DNA of 64,000 bases from Chthonomonas calidirosea (GCA_945859975.1 CAMAPH010000007.1:17150-81149); one strand, 5' to 3'; counted from the first letter of the stretch, positions 30,486 through 40,776 are shown. The notes: a model not told the origin generated them from the letters alone. Numbers and translations are program-made.

Positions 30486-32907
30486 GAAGTTACTGATTGC
30501 TGCCCTCGCGATGCTGCCCATGGCGGCATTCGCCCAATTCGATTTTGGTGGCGGCGCCGCGGCTCCTCCCCAGAACAACAAACCTTGGGCTAGCTTCAAG
30601 TTGCCTAAGAAGAGCATTAAGCTGGACTTCCGTAATGCGAATGTGGACATGGTCCTGTCGCTGTTCCAGACGACCTCGGGCGTGACCATCGTTAAAGACC
30701 CAAGCCTGGTTGATCGCATGACAATCACAAGTGCAAAGGCCGTCCCGATCGCCGATGCATTCCAGATTCTTTCGACCACATTGTCGTTGAAGGGCTACGA
30801 CATGTCGAAGGAAGGCAACCTGCTGGTGATCAAGAAGCGAGATCCGAAGCAGCAGCAGCCACAAATGCCAGCGTTTGACCCGAGCATGTTAGCGGGCATG
30901 CAAACTCCCCAGTCTGAGTTGCGTGTTTATCCCGTGCAATTCGCATCGGCATCTGCCCTTGCTCGCGTGCTCAATGACATCTATCAGTCGGGTGGTGGCG
31001 GACTGGGTGGTTTCTCCTTCCCTGGTGCCATCACTTTTGGTGGCGGAGGCGGACGTGGAGGTCAGGCAAACCGTTTCGGTGGCTTTGGAGGCGCTTCTCC
31101 GTTTGGACGAGGTAACTCGGCCCCGAGCGTGCGGGCGAGTGCCGACGACTTCAGCAACTCCTTGGTAGTCAACGCCCCCCGCGACCAACATCGTGAAGTG
31201 GCAGACCTGATCAAGCAACTCGACAAGCAGACCGACGCGCCACAGCGACCGGTTGTTTATAAGCTCGAGTTCGCCTCGGCCAGTGATGTCGCGACTTCGG
31301 TGCAAACGGTTCTCACCGCAAACGCACCAAAGGGCCGCGGTCAGACCACGCAGCAACAGCCAACCGGCTTTGCCGCGTTGTTTGGTGGTGGAAACCGACA
31401 GAACCAGAACGTCACGGCGGATACGCGCAGTAACACGATCATCGTGACCGCCACCGACGAGAATCACGCCCTGGTCAAGAACATCGTGGCGGAACTGGAT
31501 AAAGAAATTCCGATCCAGGCTTCCACCGTCGTTATTCCGCTTGAAAACGCTCGCGCAGACGATGTTGCCGGACTGCTCAATCAAGCCTTCGGTCAGCGAC
31601 AAGGGACCGGCCAGAACCGCACTGGGACGCAGAACCGTAATACGGGAACGCAGAACCGAAACAACCAGAACCGCAACCAAAGCGGCGGTGGACTTGGCGG
31701 CAATAACGCCAACCCGAACGACTTGATGCTGGAATTCCAGGATCCGAACGCGGACGAAGGCGAGTTGCTGACCACGGTTGGCGTTGCCGGACAGTTCGGC
31801 TTCTTTGGTGGCGGCCAGCAGCAGAACCAGAACAACCAGAATCGAAACGCCCAGACGGCGCGAGACTCAACGGGCCGAATCGTGAACGTGCAGGACCTTA
31901 CGGGTCAGGTCACGACGATCGCGGATCCGAACACGAACTCGATCATCGTGGTCACCACGCCGCAGGGTGCCGACCTCATCAAGAACATCATCAGCCAGCT
32001 AGACCGAATTCCGGAACAGGTGATGATCGAAACGATGATCGTTGAAGCGAGCCTTGACGAATCCACGAAGCTCGGTTTCGACTGGACGTTCTCTCAGGTG
32101 AAGGCCTTTGGTCAGACCGGCGTTACCGGAAACGGCTCGACCCGATTCCCAGAGACCGGAACGAATGCCACTCAGCAGAATGGCTTCCGATACACGGTAG
32201 TCGGCGGAAACCTGGACCTTGTCTTGAACGCGCTGAAGACGGACGACCGTTTCCAGGTGCTCTCGACACCGAGAATCTTCACTTCGAACAACGTTGAGGC
32301 GCAGATCAACATCAGCCAAAGCGTTCCGTACGTTACGAACAGTCGGCAGGACGCGAACGGCAACTTCACCTTCAACTATGCGTTTGAGGATGTTGGAATC
32401 GTCCTCACGGTTACCCCGCGAATCACGAGCAATGGCTACGTGACGATGGTTGTGAGCCAAACGGCCAACGACCTTCAGGGCTACACCGACTTCAACGCGC
32501 CGATCATCAACCAGCGCCAGGCCGATACGACCGTTTCGGTTAAGGACAGTGAGACGATTGTGCTCGGTGGAATTATCCGAAGCACGGTCACCTCCAACGT
32601 TCGAAAGGTTCCGCTCCTCGGCGACATTCCGCTCCTCGGCGAACTGTTCCGATCCACGACGAAGGGCAAGCAGAAGACCGAGTTGATCGTCTTCCTGACC
32701 CCGCGAGTGGTTAAGGACGCCGATGATGCACGACTTCTCCGCGACCGAGTGAAAGGACAGCTTTCACCGGGCCAACAAAAGCAGATCGACCGAGAGCTTG
32801 GCAAGATTCCACCAAATGGTGGCAAGCCGGTTGAGAAAACGAAGGGCGAAGCAAAGCCCGGCGGCACGACTTCTGATCCGAACAAGACCGGCAAAGGCGG
32901 TCAGTAA
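30475..32907 (+). CDS. gspD: type II secretion secretin
   Basis: Signal peptide, LDFRNA N0 domain, repeated N domains, QVMIE, LSTP, VTPRI and KVPLLGDIPLLGELFR. Confidence 0.93.
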   Translation: METRKLLIAALAMLPMAAFAQFDFGGGAAAPPQNNKPWASFKLPKKSIKLDFRNANVDMVLSLFQTTSGVTIVKDPSLVDRMTITSAKAVPIADAFQILSTTLSLKGYDMSKEGNLLVIKKRDPKQQQPQMPAFDPSMLAGMQTPQSELRVYPVQFASASALARVLNDIYQSGGGGLGGFSFPGAITFGGGGGRGGQANRFGGFGGASPFGRGNSAPSVRASADDFSNSLVVNAPRDQHREVADLIKQLDKQTDAPQRPVVYKLEFASASDVATSVQTVLTANAPKGRGQTTQQQPTGFAALFGGGNRQNQNVTADTRSNTIIVTATDENHALVKNIVAELDKEIPIQASTVVIPLENARADDVAGLLNQAFGQRQGTGQNRTGTQNRNTGTQNRNNQNRNQSGGGLGGNNANPNDLMLEFQDPNADEGELLTTVGVAGQFGFFGGGQQQNQNNQNRNAQTARDSTGRIVNVQDLTGQVTTIADPNTNSIIVVTTPQGADLIKNIISQLDRIPEQVMIETMIVEASLDESTKLGFDWTFSQVKAFGQTGVTGNGSTRFPETGTNATQQNGFRYTVVGGNLDLVLNALKTDDRFQVLSTPRIFTSNNVEAQINISQSVPYVTNSRQDANGNFTFNYAFEDVGIVLTVTPRITSNGYVTMVVSQTANDLQGYTDFNAPIINQRQADTTVSVKDSETIVLGGIIRSTVTSNVRKVPLLGDIPLLGELFRSTTKGKQKTELIVFLTPRVVKDADDARLLRDRVKGQLSPGQQKQIDRELGKIPPNGGKPVEKTKGEAKPGGTTSDPNKTGKGGQ

Positions 32908-32921
32908 CTCACAGGAAAACC

Positions 32922-33626
32922 ATGAAAAATCTACTGAAAATTTTGGTGGTCGCAGCTGCGATCGCCAGTCTCGCCATTGCTAGCGCACAGCCAGGAGGCG
33001 GTGGACAAGGTCGCGGTCAAGGTCGCGGCGGAATGATGGGCATGATGCGCGGTGGCGGTCAAGGCGGAGCTCTCGCCCTTCTCGGACGAGAAGACGTTAA
33101 GGACGATCTCGGAATTACCAGCGAGCAGAACAGCCAGTTGAAGGCCATCCAAGATGGAATCCGAGACAAGATGATGGCCAAAATGCAAGAAGCCGGCATC
33201 ACCTTCGGCGGCGGTCAGCGGCCCGACATGGCTGAGATGCAGAAAGTCATGGCTCCGGTGATGAAGGAAATCGAAACCGAAATGGAGAAGGTTCTCAAGC
33301 CAGAGCAGAAGAAGCGACTGGATGAGATCGATGTTCAGCTCTCCGGGAACCGAATTGCCCAGCGCGAGAAGTACCAGAAGCTGCTCGAACTTACGCCAGA
33401 CCAGATTGCTAAGGTCAAGAAGCTCGGTGACACGGCTCAGCAGGCAAACCAGGCCGTGATGGAAAAGGCCCGAAATCAGGAGATCGAATGGACGGAAGTT
33501 CGAACGATCAACGAAAAGAACTCGAAGGCGCTTGACGCCGAAATCGGCAAAGTTCTGACCCAGGCCCAGAAAGACAAGATCAAGGAATGGTCCGGAAAGC
33601 CATTCGTCGCTAAAGACGACAACTAG
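32922..33626 (+). CDS. exported helical protein (Spy/CpxP-like LTxxQ repeats)
   Basis: Signal peptide, Gly-rich linker, and ITSEQ/LKPEQ/LTPDQ/LTQAQ motifs. Confidence 0.7.
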   Translation: MKNLLKILVVAAAIASLAIASAQPGGGGQGRGQGRGGMMGMMRGGGQGGALALLGREDVKDDLGITSEQNSQLKAIQDGIRDKMMAKMQEAGITFGGGQRPDMAEMQKVMAPVMKEIETEMEKVLKPEQKKRLDEIDVQLSGNRIAQREKYQKLLELTPDQIAKVKKLGDTAQQANQAVMEKARNQEIEWTEVRTINEKNSKALDAEIGKVLTQAQKDKIKEWSGKPFVAKDDN

Positions 33627-33634
33627 TCCTTTCC

Positions 33635-33671
33635 AAAGCCGCCCGACCATTTCGGTCGGGCGGCTTTTTTT
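33635..33671 (+). terminator. Rho-independent terminator ending the T2SS operon
   Basis: AAAGCCGCCCGACC-ATTTC-GGTCGGGCGGCTTTTTTT. Confidence 0.9.
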
Positions 33672-33683
33672 GTCACACTATCC

Positions 33684-34031
33684 TTGCCTATGCGCGAAAC
33701 CATCGAAAGACCAGCCCCCTTACAGCTTGACGAAGCCATGATGGGCGGCTTTGGCGGCTTTCCCGACCGCGTTTATCTGATCAGCGTCGGCGACAACAAG
33801 TTTGCTTCGAACAACGTCACCCTGCCAGACCAGCAGAACGTGAACGGGCTAGCATGCTTCCCTACTCCGGATGATGCGACGACCTATATGGGACTGCTCG
33901 CAGGACTAAGCGGCGACATCGTTGCCAAGCCTTTTGAAGAAGCCCGCGAGATCGCGGTTTCCAAGCCAATTTTGTCCTGCCTGTTGTTGTTCCAAGGCAG
34001 CCAGATTGTCGACGTGCACTGGATTCGCTGA
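33684..34031 (+). CDS. hypothetical protein
   Basis: 115-aa ORF with host-like codon usage filling the intergenic gap. Confidence 0.65.
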   Translation: MPMRETIERPAPLQLDEAMMGGFGGFPDRVYLISVGDNKFASNNVTLPDQQNVNGLACFPTPDDATTYMGLLAGLSGDIVAKPFEEAREIAVSKPILSCLLLFQGSQIVDVHWIR

Positions 34032-34053
34032 CGTTTGCGGTATTGTCCGGGCG

Positions 34054-34896
34054 ATGTATCTCGCACTTTCTCCCGGCGCCGTGGGAATTCACCCCGCAAC
34101 TCTCGAAGACGCGATTTCCGCTGCCGTCGCTGGCGGCTTTGGTGGGCTAGAACTGAGCCCGCAGACCATTAAGGAGCGTGGGGTAGACGTGGTCAAAGGT
34201 CTCCTTGCCGAAGCAAATCTGGCTCCTGCAGGATTTGGGCTCTCGGTCGACTTTCGCCAAGAGGTCGCTCCAACCGATGCTCAGATGCAGGAATTTACCG
34301 AGGGCGTTGAGCTCGCTGCAGCCGTTGGCTTCACCCGCTGCATGACCTGGATCATGCCGTGCTCCAACGAGCGCCCCTTCGATGCTAACTTTGAGTTTCA
34401 CGTTGAGCGACTCCAGCCACTCGCAAAGATCCTCCAGGACAATGGCGTGGGCTTTGGGCTTGAATTTGTTGGTCCAAAGACCCTACGAGACAGCCAAACC
34501 TATCCGTTCGTGTACGACATTCCAGGAATGACAAAGCTTGCTGAGGCGGTCGGACCAGAAGTCGGCTTCCTCGTTGACAGCTTCCATTGGTATTGCACCG
34601 GATCGAACGTAGAGGACCTGGCGGCAGTACCGCTTTCGAAGGTCGTTTACGTCCACATCAATGATGCTCAGCCCGGCAAAACTCCGGAAGAGCAAGTAGA
34701 TAACCAGCGCGCCCTGCCGGCCGAGACCGGCGTGATCGACGCGAAGGCCTTCCTTGGCACGCTGAAGTCGATTGGCTACGATGGTCCACTTGTCGCGGAG
34801 CCGTTCCTCGACCTTTCGAACCTTGCAAGCGATGCAGAACGGGCCATGTTGATTGGCAACGCGGGCCGCAAAATGCTCTCGGTCGCGTTCGACTAA
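34054..34896 (+). CDS. sugar phosphate isomerase/epimerase (xylose isomerase-like TIM barrel)
   Basis: GLEF, DSFHW, VHIND and AEPF metal ligands; ATG 34054 follows TATTGT-N7. Confidence 0.85.
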   Translation: MYLALSPGAVGIHPATLEDAISAAVAGGFGGLELSPQTIKERGVDVVKGLLAEANLAPAGFGLSVDFRQEVAPTDAQMQEFTEGVELAAAVGFTRCMTWIMPCSNERPFDANFEFHVERLQPLAKILQDNGVGFGLEFVGPKTLRDSQTYPFVYDIPGMTKLAEAVGPEVGFLVDSFHWYCTGSNVEDLAAVPLSKVVYVHINDAQPGKTPEEQVDNQRALPAETGVIDAKAFLGTLKSIGYDGPLVAEPFLDLSNLASDAERAMLIGNAGRKMLSVAFD

Positions 34897-35993
34897 TCGA
34901 TCTGACGACCGAGAACTTCGGAATAGACCTTCTTCGTCTTTGCAATCATGTGGTCAAAGGTGAACTCGGCTTCGTACCGTTGCCGACTCACCTGCCCCAT
35001 GCTGGTGCGAAGTTCTGGGTCAGACAACATGATCCGGAGTTTGGCCTCAACCGCTGCGTCGTCCTTCACCGGCACGGCGAATCCGCTCTTCCCTTCTTCA
35101 ATAGCCTCTTTACAACCGTTCACGTCGGTCACGAGAATCGGCAAGCCAGTGCGCATGGCTTCGAGGGTGGAACGTGGGAAGCCTTCGTAGTTGGTGATCA
35201 GGGCGAACAGGGCGGCACTTTGCAGGAACGGCTTGACGTTCTTCTGCGATCCGTGGAAGTGGACCTGCGATCCGATTCCAAGATCGATCACCAATTGCTC
35301 GTATTCGGCTCGCTTCGGGCCGTCTCCAACGAGGTCCAGATCCCAGGGGATGTCCTTGATTCTTGAAAGCGCTTTGAATAAAGTCTCGTGGTCTTTCTGA
35401 AGGTCCATCCGCGCAACAACGACAATGCGGTTTGATGTGCCGGGTTCGGCGCGTTCCGGAGCGTCGGGCATACCGTTGTGCACGACGGTGAAGTGGCTGG
35501 CCGGACCGATCTTTTCGTCGAGGGCCACTTGTTTGTCCGCTTCGCACACGCAGATGATCTTCGGGCCCATAGGACGGCAGAATCGCTCGATGGCGCGTAC
35601 GATAATGCGCTGGACTTTCGAGATGCCATCGACAAAGGTCCAACCGTGCGCGGTGTAAAGGGTCGGAACCTTGATCCGCTTCCCTACGATTCGACCGACC
35701 ATGCCGGCCTTAGTGGAGTGGCAGGACACGAGGTCTGGAGCGTACGCACTGAGGGCCGCCTGAAGCTCTTTCATCGCCTTCATATCGGCGCTGGGGCTGA
35801 TAGGGCGATCAAGATGGGTCAGCGAGTGGAACGGAACTTGACGTTCGATCAATTGTTCAGTGAATGCGCCGGTTCCGCCAACGAACACTTTTACTTCGTG
35901 CCCCTGCTTAATCAGGTAAGTGCTGACGTCACGGACATGAACGTAGGAGCCACCGATGATGCTGGCGTGGGTGCAAACAAAAGCGATTCGCAT
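34893..35993 (-). CDS. glycosyltransferase family 4
   Basis: HSTKAG, YTAHGW, QKDH and EGFPRSTLEAM motifs. Confidence 0.9.
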   Translation of the reverse strand: MRIAFVCTHASIIGGSYVHVRDVSTYLIKQGHEVKVFVGGTGAFTEQLIERQVPFHSLTHLDRPISPSADMKAMKELQAALSAYAPDLVSCHSTKAGMVGRIVGKRIKVPTLYTAHGWTFVDGISKVQRIIVRAIERFCRPMGPKIICVCEADKQVALDEKIGPASHFTVVHNGMPDAPERAEPGTSNRIVVVARMDLQKDHETLFKALSRIKDIPWDLDLVGDGPKRAEYEQLVIDLGIGSQVHFHGSQKNVKPFLQSAALFALITNYEGFPRSTLEAMRTGLPILVTDVNGCKEAIEEGKSGFAVPVKDDAAVEAKLRIMLSDPELRTSMGQVSRQRYEAEFTFDHMIAKTKKVYSEVLGRQID

Positions 35994-36096
35994 GGTTCAA
36001 TCGCCCGGCGTCCACTACCGGGCGAGAATGAGTTTGACACGAAATGCCTACGACGCAACCATCTTCCATGCTCATTCATTAAGATAGAATGACGAT

Positions 36097-36807
36097 ATGA
36101 GTTCAGAATATGCTCAAGAACCCTTTCGGCCTTCAAACCTGGCAATGGAGGGCGCACTCTTCGCGGAAAATCCTCAGCCAAGATGCCCGTGTATTCTGCT
36201 CCTGGACACGAGCATGTCAATGAGCGGTGCACCTATATCCGAACTAAATCGCGGGCTCGCTTCATTCAGAGACGAGCTTGCAGCTGACTCACTGGCCGCA
36301 AAACGCATAGAACTCGCTATCATCACTTTTGGTCCAGTAAAGACCGCATTAGACTTTGCATCCATTGAGGATGCAACGATACCAACGCTTGTAGCGTCCG
36401 GCGACACACCGATGGGAAGAGCAATCCTCGAAGCTGTAGATTTAGTCGAGTACAGGAAAATGACTTATAAAAGAAACGGTGTGGACTATTATCGCCCATG
36501 GATCTTTATGATAACAGATGGTGGACCAACGGATGCTTGGCGATCCGCTGCTGATAAAGTGAAGGAAGGTGAAAAGTCAAAGAAGTTCCAGTTTTTTGCA
36601 GTCGGAGTTAAAGGAGCCAACTTTGATACTTTGAGAAGTATATCGGTCAGGGAACCGATCGAACTTGATGGACTCCGTTTTAGAGACCTATTTTCATGGC
36701 TCTCCAGTTCGTTGGCGGCAATATCTCATAGTGGCACAGGTGACTCCGTCACTCCAGAAAATCCACTCGGACCAAGCGGATGGGGCGTAGTCGGTGGTTC
36801 AAACTAG
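36097..36807 (+). CDS. terY: TerY-like vWA domain protein (YegL-like)
   Basis: [14 protein letters not shown] motif, [22 protein letters not shown] and LFSWLSSSL. Confidence 0.88.
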   Translation: MSSEYAQEPFRPSNLAMEGALFAENPQPRCPCILLLDTSMSMSGAPISELNRGLASFRDELAADSLAAKRIELAIITFGPVKTALDFASIEDATIPTLVASGDTPMGRAILEAVDLVEYRKMTYKRNGVDYYRPWIFMITDGGPTDAWRSAADKVKEGEKSKKFQFFAVGVKGANFDTLRSISVREPIELDGLRFRDLFSWLSSSLAAISHSGTGDSVTPENPLGPSGWGVVGGSN

Positions 36808-37603
36808 GTGGGTAATGAGCTCTGGAACTGCGATTGGCAGTTCACACATAAGAGCTAATAGAGAGTGTGAGGACTACGGAGGTTCAGTAGCCTGCTTGAC
36901 ATGTGCGGGGGAATCTGCTCTTCTGTTTGTCGCTGATGGAGCCGGATCAGCATCAAATGCAAAATTTGGATCGAAATTTGTCTGCGACTCGTTCGTCGCG
37001 CACTTTGCTGTACCAATGGCATCGCAAACCTACAAGCCAATCAGCGAAGTCGAAGCCCGCTTGTGGGTTCGCCATGTCCGGGACTCACTCTTAGCGCAAG
37101 CCGAGATCATGAACTGTCGCCTAGAAGACTTCGCAACTACCTTTCTAGGTTGCATCCTTACATCGGAAGCATCCCTTCTAATTCAAATAGGTGATGGTGC
37201 AATCGTCCTATCCGAAATGGATTCTCCGGGCGAGTTTAACGTCTATGAATGGCCTGACCAAGGGGAATATGCCAATTCGACTACATTTGTCACGTCAGAT
37301 GATGCACTTGAAAAATTGAAAGTTGTCAATTATGGTTTACCGCTAAAACACGTTGCACTCTTTACTGATGGCCTTCAACGACTTTTACTCGACTATAACG
37401 AGAAACTTCCCCATCAACCATTTTTTAATTACTGGTTCCAAAGACTGCATGATCAGCGTCATGATATTGATTCGCTTTCGCAAGAATTAAATGACCTTCT
37501 AACTTCAGAAATTGTCAACAAGAAAACTGACGATGATAAAGCCCTTGTTCTCGCATCGAATATTGCATCGTTAGAAAGTGAGACCTGTGTACGAAACTGC
37601 TAG
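36794..37603 (+). CDS. PP2C-like Ser/Thr phosphatase (YegK/PphC-like)
   Basis: [30 protein letters not shown] and TDDDK motifs. Confidence 0.88.
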   Translation: MVQTRWVMSSGTAIGSSHIRANRECEDYGGSVACLTCAGESALLFVADGAGSASNAKFGSKFVCDSFVAHFAVPMASQTYKPISEVEARLWVRHVRDSLLAQAEIMNCRLEDFATTFLGCILTSEASLLIQIGDGAIVLSEMDSPGEFNVYEWPDQGEYANSTTFVTSDDALEKLKVVNYGLPLKHVALFTDGLQRLLLDYNEKLPHQPFFNYWFQRLHDQRHDIDSLSQELNDLLTSEIVNKKTDDDKALVLASNIASLESETCVRNC

Positions 37604-39530
37604 CGGACAAACCGTCCGACTAGGAACAGTACTGGGAAAAGGTGGCGAAGGAACCGTTTATTCCCTCGAATCTAACGCGCTAAAGGTCATCAAGATCTAT
37701 CATCAACCTCCTAGTCAAGATCTTGTCGATAAGCTAATCTATATGACTAGTATTTGCAGTTCTGATCTGCAATCAATGAGCTGCTGGCCGGAAGCTGTGG
37801 TGCTAGATCGGAAGGCGCATCGTACAATGGGATACGTAATGCCATCAGCAGCAGGTTATCGTGAGATTCACAAGCTGTGCGGACCAAAGTCTCGGGCACA
37901 AGAGTTCCCATCAGCCACGTGGCAATTCTTACTTCAAGTAGCACTCAACGTTTGCAAAACTTTCAGCTATCTCCATAGCATTGGTCATGTTGTTGGCGAC
38001 ATAAATCATTCATCAGTCATGGTTAAAGATGATGCCACAGTTAAACTAATCGACTGTGACTCTATACAAGTAAAGTCGGGCCCACGAACGTTTCGTTGTA
38101 CGGTAGGAGAACCATTACATACACCTCCTGAACTACAAGGACTATCGCTCAGAAATCTAGACCGGACGGTAAATCATGACAATTTTGGTCTTGCAGTATT
38201 GATCTTTGAGCTACTTTTCATGGGAAGGCATCCGTATATTGGACAATATCTCGGCACCGGTCATCTTACACCGGAACAAAAGATCGGTATGAATCTTTTT
38301 GCTTACAGTGAATCCCACAAATCTAGTATTGTTGAGCCACCACCTTACAGTTTGCGGCTTAATCAAATTGACATTGAACTTAGGATGCTTTTCGAGCGGG
38401 CATTCTCGATCCAGCAAAAGGGAATTTCTAGGCCGAAGCCGGAAGAATGGCTCGCAGCTATTCGTACTCAACTGCGAAATCTCAAGAAATGCTCACTTTA
38501 CGAATCTCATTACTACGACCAAAAACTCACCGTGTGTCCTTGGTGCCAACTAGATCAATCGCTGAACATATATCTGTTCTCTTCGGTTCTCAACTCCCCC
38601 CGATCAAATGAAAGGTTCAATCTTCAAGAAACTTGGGCCGCAATTCAGGCCATTGTCAAGCCAGACATAAAACCTGTACTAACATCGGCGAAAAGCGTCA
38701 GGCAATGGCCTGCACCTAGCTCGGAGATACTTGAATTTTGCACATCACGTAGCAAAGGTTCTACGATTGCCTCATATGTCATTGTAGCTGCATTTGTTTG
38801 TTTTGCTTGGTTTAGCATGATACCGGCAGCAGCAATCATGATTGCAATGTTCGGATTGCTTGTTGTATTGGTATATTGGTTTAAAAGCTTACAAATTCTT
38901 CAGAATCTTAAACAAAGTTCGCGTGATCAAGAAGCTAAAGTTATTCAAATGCAGAGAGACTCCTACTCGGACAATCGATTTGAGGATTGTCTTGCCGCTC
39001 TCAAGACTGCTCGTGAAAGCTATCTTGCCTTAGGCGCCAAGCGAGTAAGTCAGGTTTCAGCGCTCACCCAGTCGGCCAATGCAATCCGAGAAAGAAAGTT
39101 CCTTGAAGGATGCTTGTTACGCTCAGCGGATATCGGTGGTATTGGATCTAGTCGGAAAGCGATGCTCCTCGCTTATGGCATCGAGACTGCTGCTGATGTC
39201 ACAGTGAGCAGAGTACTTGCAATTCCTGGTTTTGGACCCAGTTTAGCAAGTGAGCTAATGCAATGGAGATTGCATTGTTTAACCAGATTTAATGTGAATT
39301 TGAAGCCAACGTTGGATCCATCAGAGTTGATGAGAATTGACAGAACGTTGGATGCAGAGCGGAGTGTGCTGCAACTGCAGTTAACTGCCGGATTGAAGGA
39401 TCTAGAGCGAATTGCTTCCGAAATTACCGTTGACCTAGATAATCTCAGCAGCAAGATGATGCAAAGTGCTGCGCTAGAGGCTCAAATTTCTGTCGATTTA
39501 GTCAAGCTCAGGAACAACTGGATTGTTTAA
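37578..39530 (+). CDS. YegI-like Ser/Thr kinase with Zn-finger, TM segment and HhH-like C-terminus
   Basis: GKGGEG, HVVGDIN, LIDCDS, TPPELQ, GRHPY, CPWC, TM pair, GIETAADV and IPGFG. Confidence 0.88.
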   Translation: MRPVYETASGQTVRLGTVLGKGGEGTVYSLESNALKVIKIYHQPPSQDLVDKLIYMTSICSSDLQSMSCWPEAVVLDRKAHRTMGYVMPSAAGYREIHKLCGPKSRAQEFPSATWQFLLQVALNVCKTFSYLHSIGHVVGDINHSSVMVKDDATVKLIDCDSIQVKSGPRTFRCTVGEPLHTPPELQGLSLRNLDRTVNHDNFGLAVLIFELLFMGRHPYIGQYLGTGHLTPEQKIGMNLFAYSESHKSSIVEPPPYSLRLNQIDIELRMLFERAFSIQQKGISRPKPEEWLAAIRTQLRNLKKCSLYESHYYDQKLTVCPWCQLDQSLNIYLFSSVLNSPRSNERFNLQETWAAIQAIVKPDIKPVLTSAKSVRQWPAPSSEILEFCTSRSKGSTIASYVIVAAFVCFAWFSMIPAAAIMIAMFGLLVVLVYWFKSLQILQNLKQSSRDQEAKVIQMQRDSYSDNRFEDCLAALKTARESYLALGAKRVSQVSALTQSANAIRERKFLEGCLLRSADIGGIGSSRKAMLLAYGIETAADVTVSRVLAIPGFGPSLASELMQWRLHCLTRFNVNLKPTLDPSELMRIDRTLDAERSVLQLQLTAGLKDLERIASEITVDLDNLSSKMMQSAALEAQISVDLVKLRNNWIV

Positions 39531-39619
39531 TGCTCAGTCAGCATCTTGCCCGCGTTCCAGTGCTCGATGCACCTAGGGCAAATTCCCTGCTTAATATCGA
39601 TGTTTAAAGGACCTGATCC

Positions 39620-39660
39620 ATCCCAACGGGCAAACAGATGAAAGCTCGTTGGGATTTTAT
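39620..39660 (+). terminator. probable terminator between kinase and porin
   Basis: ATCCCAACGGGC...GCTCGTTGGGAT-TTTAT. Confidence 0.55.
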
Positions 39661-39672
39661 GCAAGATTACGG

Positions 39673-40776
39673 CTAGAACCGCAGGATGTGGGCGATGGTG
39701 AGGGTCGTTCGGTTGTTCGAAAGTCCGCCGTTGGAACTGTTGAACACGTTGAGGTTCGACTTGTCGTACCGAAGTTCGGCGCGGAGCGTCGAGTTTGAGC
39801 TAAGACCCATATCGTATCCAGCGGTGATCGACTGGTAGCGAGCGGCGAATCCAGTTCGGAAGCCGTTTGGATCGTTGACGGACTCGACGCGCAGCCCGAT
39901 CGACGAATTTGACGAAGCGGTGTACTTGAGGTAGCCAGCGGCGCCATAGAACTTTCCGCCTGGGTCGCCGGCATCCAGTCCGGTCGCGCTGGCGTAGTCC
40001 GCGTTCACGGTGAACTTCAGCTTGTCGCTGATTGGGTACTGGAAGATAACATCGCCTTGGTGAACACTGGTGTTGCCGCCAGCGCCAAAGCCGTTGACGC
40101 GGGACGAACCTTCGTTGCCGCCGATGTAGTTGAGCGTGAGGGTGCCCTTTCCGACCGGGACGCTACCAGATGCGCCATAGGTCTTTCCAGCGTTGCTGTC
40201 TTCGGTTTCGTTCCAACCATTGACAAGGTAGAGCGAAACGGCAACTGGACCGACCGTGGAGCTTGCACGACCACCAAGGTGGTAGATCGGCTGGGCCAAG
40301 GTGTAGAGGAATGGTCGGGAGTAGTGGTCGCAATCTGCAGCGACGATGCCCTCGTAGCCCACCCAAGCTGGGAACTTACCGAAGTCGAGGGTGTAGTTCT
40401 TGCCTTGATAGGTGACGTAGCCTTGCTGAACGTACTTCAGGGCCGAGTTTGGACCGGCTGGCTCGGTGGCGGCGAGGATGTCCGCGTTCTTACCGAACGA
40501 GAACTGAAGGGTGAAACCCCATGGATTCTCAGCCGTTGGCTTCATGACAGCGGTGCCCTGCACTGATGCGATGGTGAAGCTGTTGTTCGTGACGTCGAAC
40601 TGGCGGAAGTTCACCGAACTGCCAGTAGCCGACTTCTTGAAGTTCGACTGGTAGAACATATCGATCAAACCGGAGAAGCTAATCTTCGGTTCCTCGGCGT
40701 GAGCGGCGATGCTTAGAGTGGAGAGAACGGCGAGCATCGTTGATCGCGCAAAGGTGGACCGGTATGAAGTTTTCAT
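39673..40776 (-). CDS. outer-membrane beta-barrel porin (BBP2/DUF1597-like)
   Basis: Signal peptide, QQGYVTY, DFGKF..VGYE, LVNGWN, RAELRYD and C-terminal Phe. Confidence 0.8.
   Translation of the reverse strand: MKTSYRSTFARSTMLAVLSTLSIAAHAEEPKISFSGLIDMFYQSNFKKSATGSSVNFRQFDVTNNSFTIASVQGTAVMKPTAENPWGFTLQFSFGKNADILAATEPAGPNSALKYVQQGYVTYQGKNYTLDFGKFPAWVGYEGIVAADCDHYSRPFLYTLAQPIYHLGGRASSTVGPVAVSLYLVNGWNETEDSNAGKTYGASGSVPVGKGTLTLNYIGGNEGSSRVNGFGAGGNTSVHQGDVIFQYPISDKLKFTVNADYASATGLDAGDPGGKFYGAAGYLKYTASSNSSIGLRVESVNDPNGFRTGFAARYQSITAGYDMGLSSNSTLRAELRYDKSNLNVFNSSNGGLSNNRTTLTIAHILRF

Noticed and set aside
31613..31674. Repeated CAGAACCG units as a possible CRISPR or minisatellite array
   Set aside because: Short, irregularly spaced and in frame within the secretin's QNR low-complexity loop; no cas genes in the window
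21782..32907. Type IV pilus or competence system
   Set aside because: GspG- and GspK-specific motifs are present and there is no PilT retraction ATPase in the cluster, favouring T2SS
36001..36025. TCGCCCGG-N9-CCGGGCGA inverted repeat near the TerY-P left edge as a mobile-element end
   Set aside because: No matching copy at the right edge; a short GC-rich repeat is likely chance or a local promoter feature
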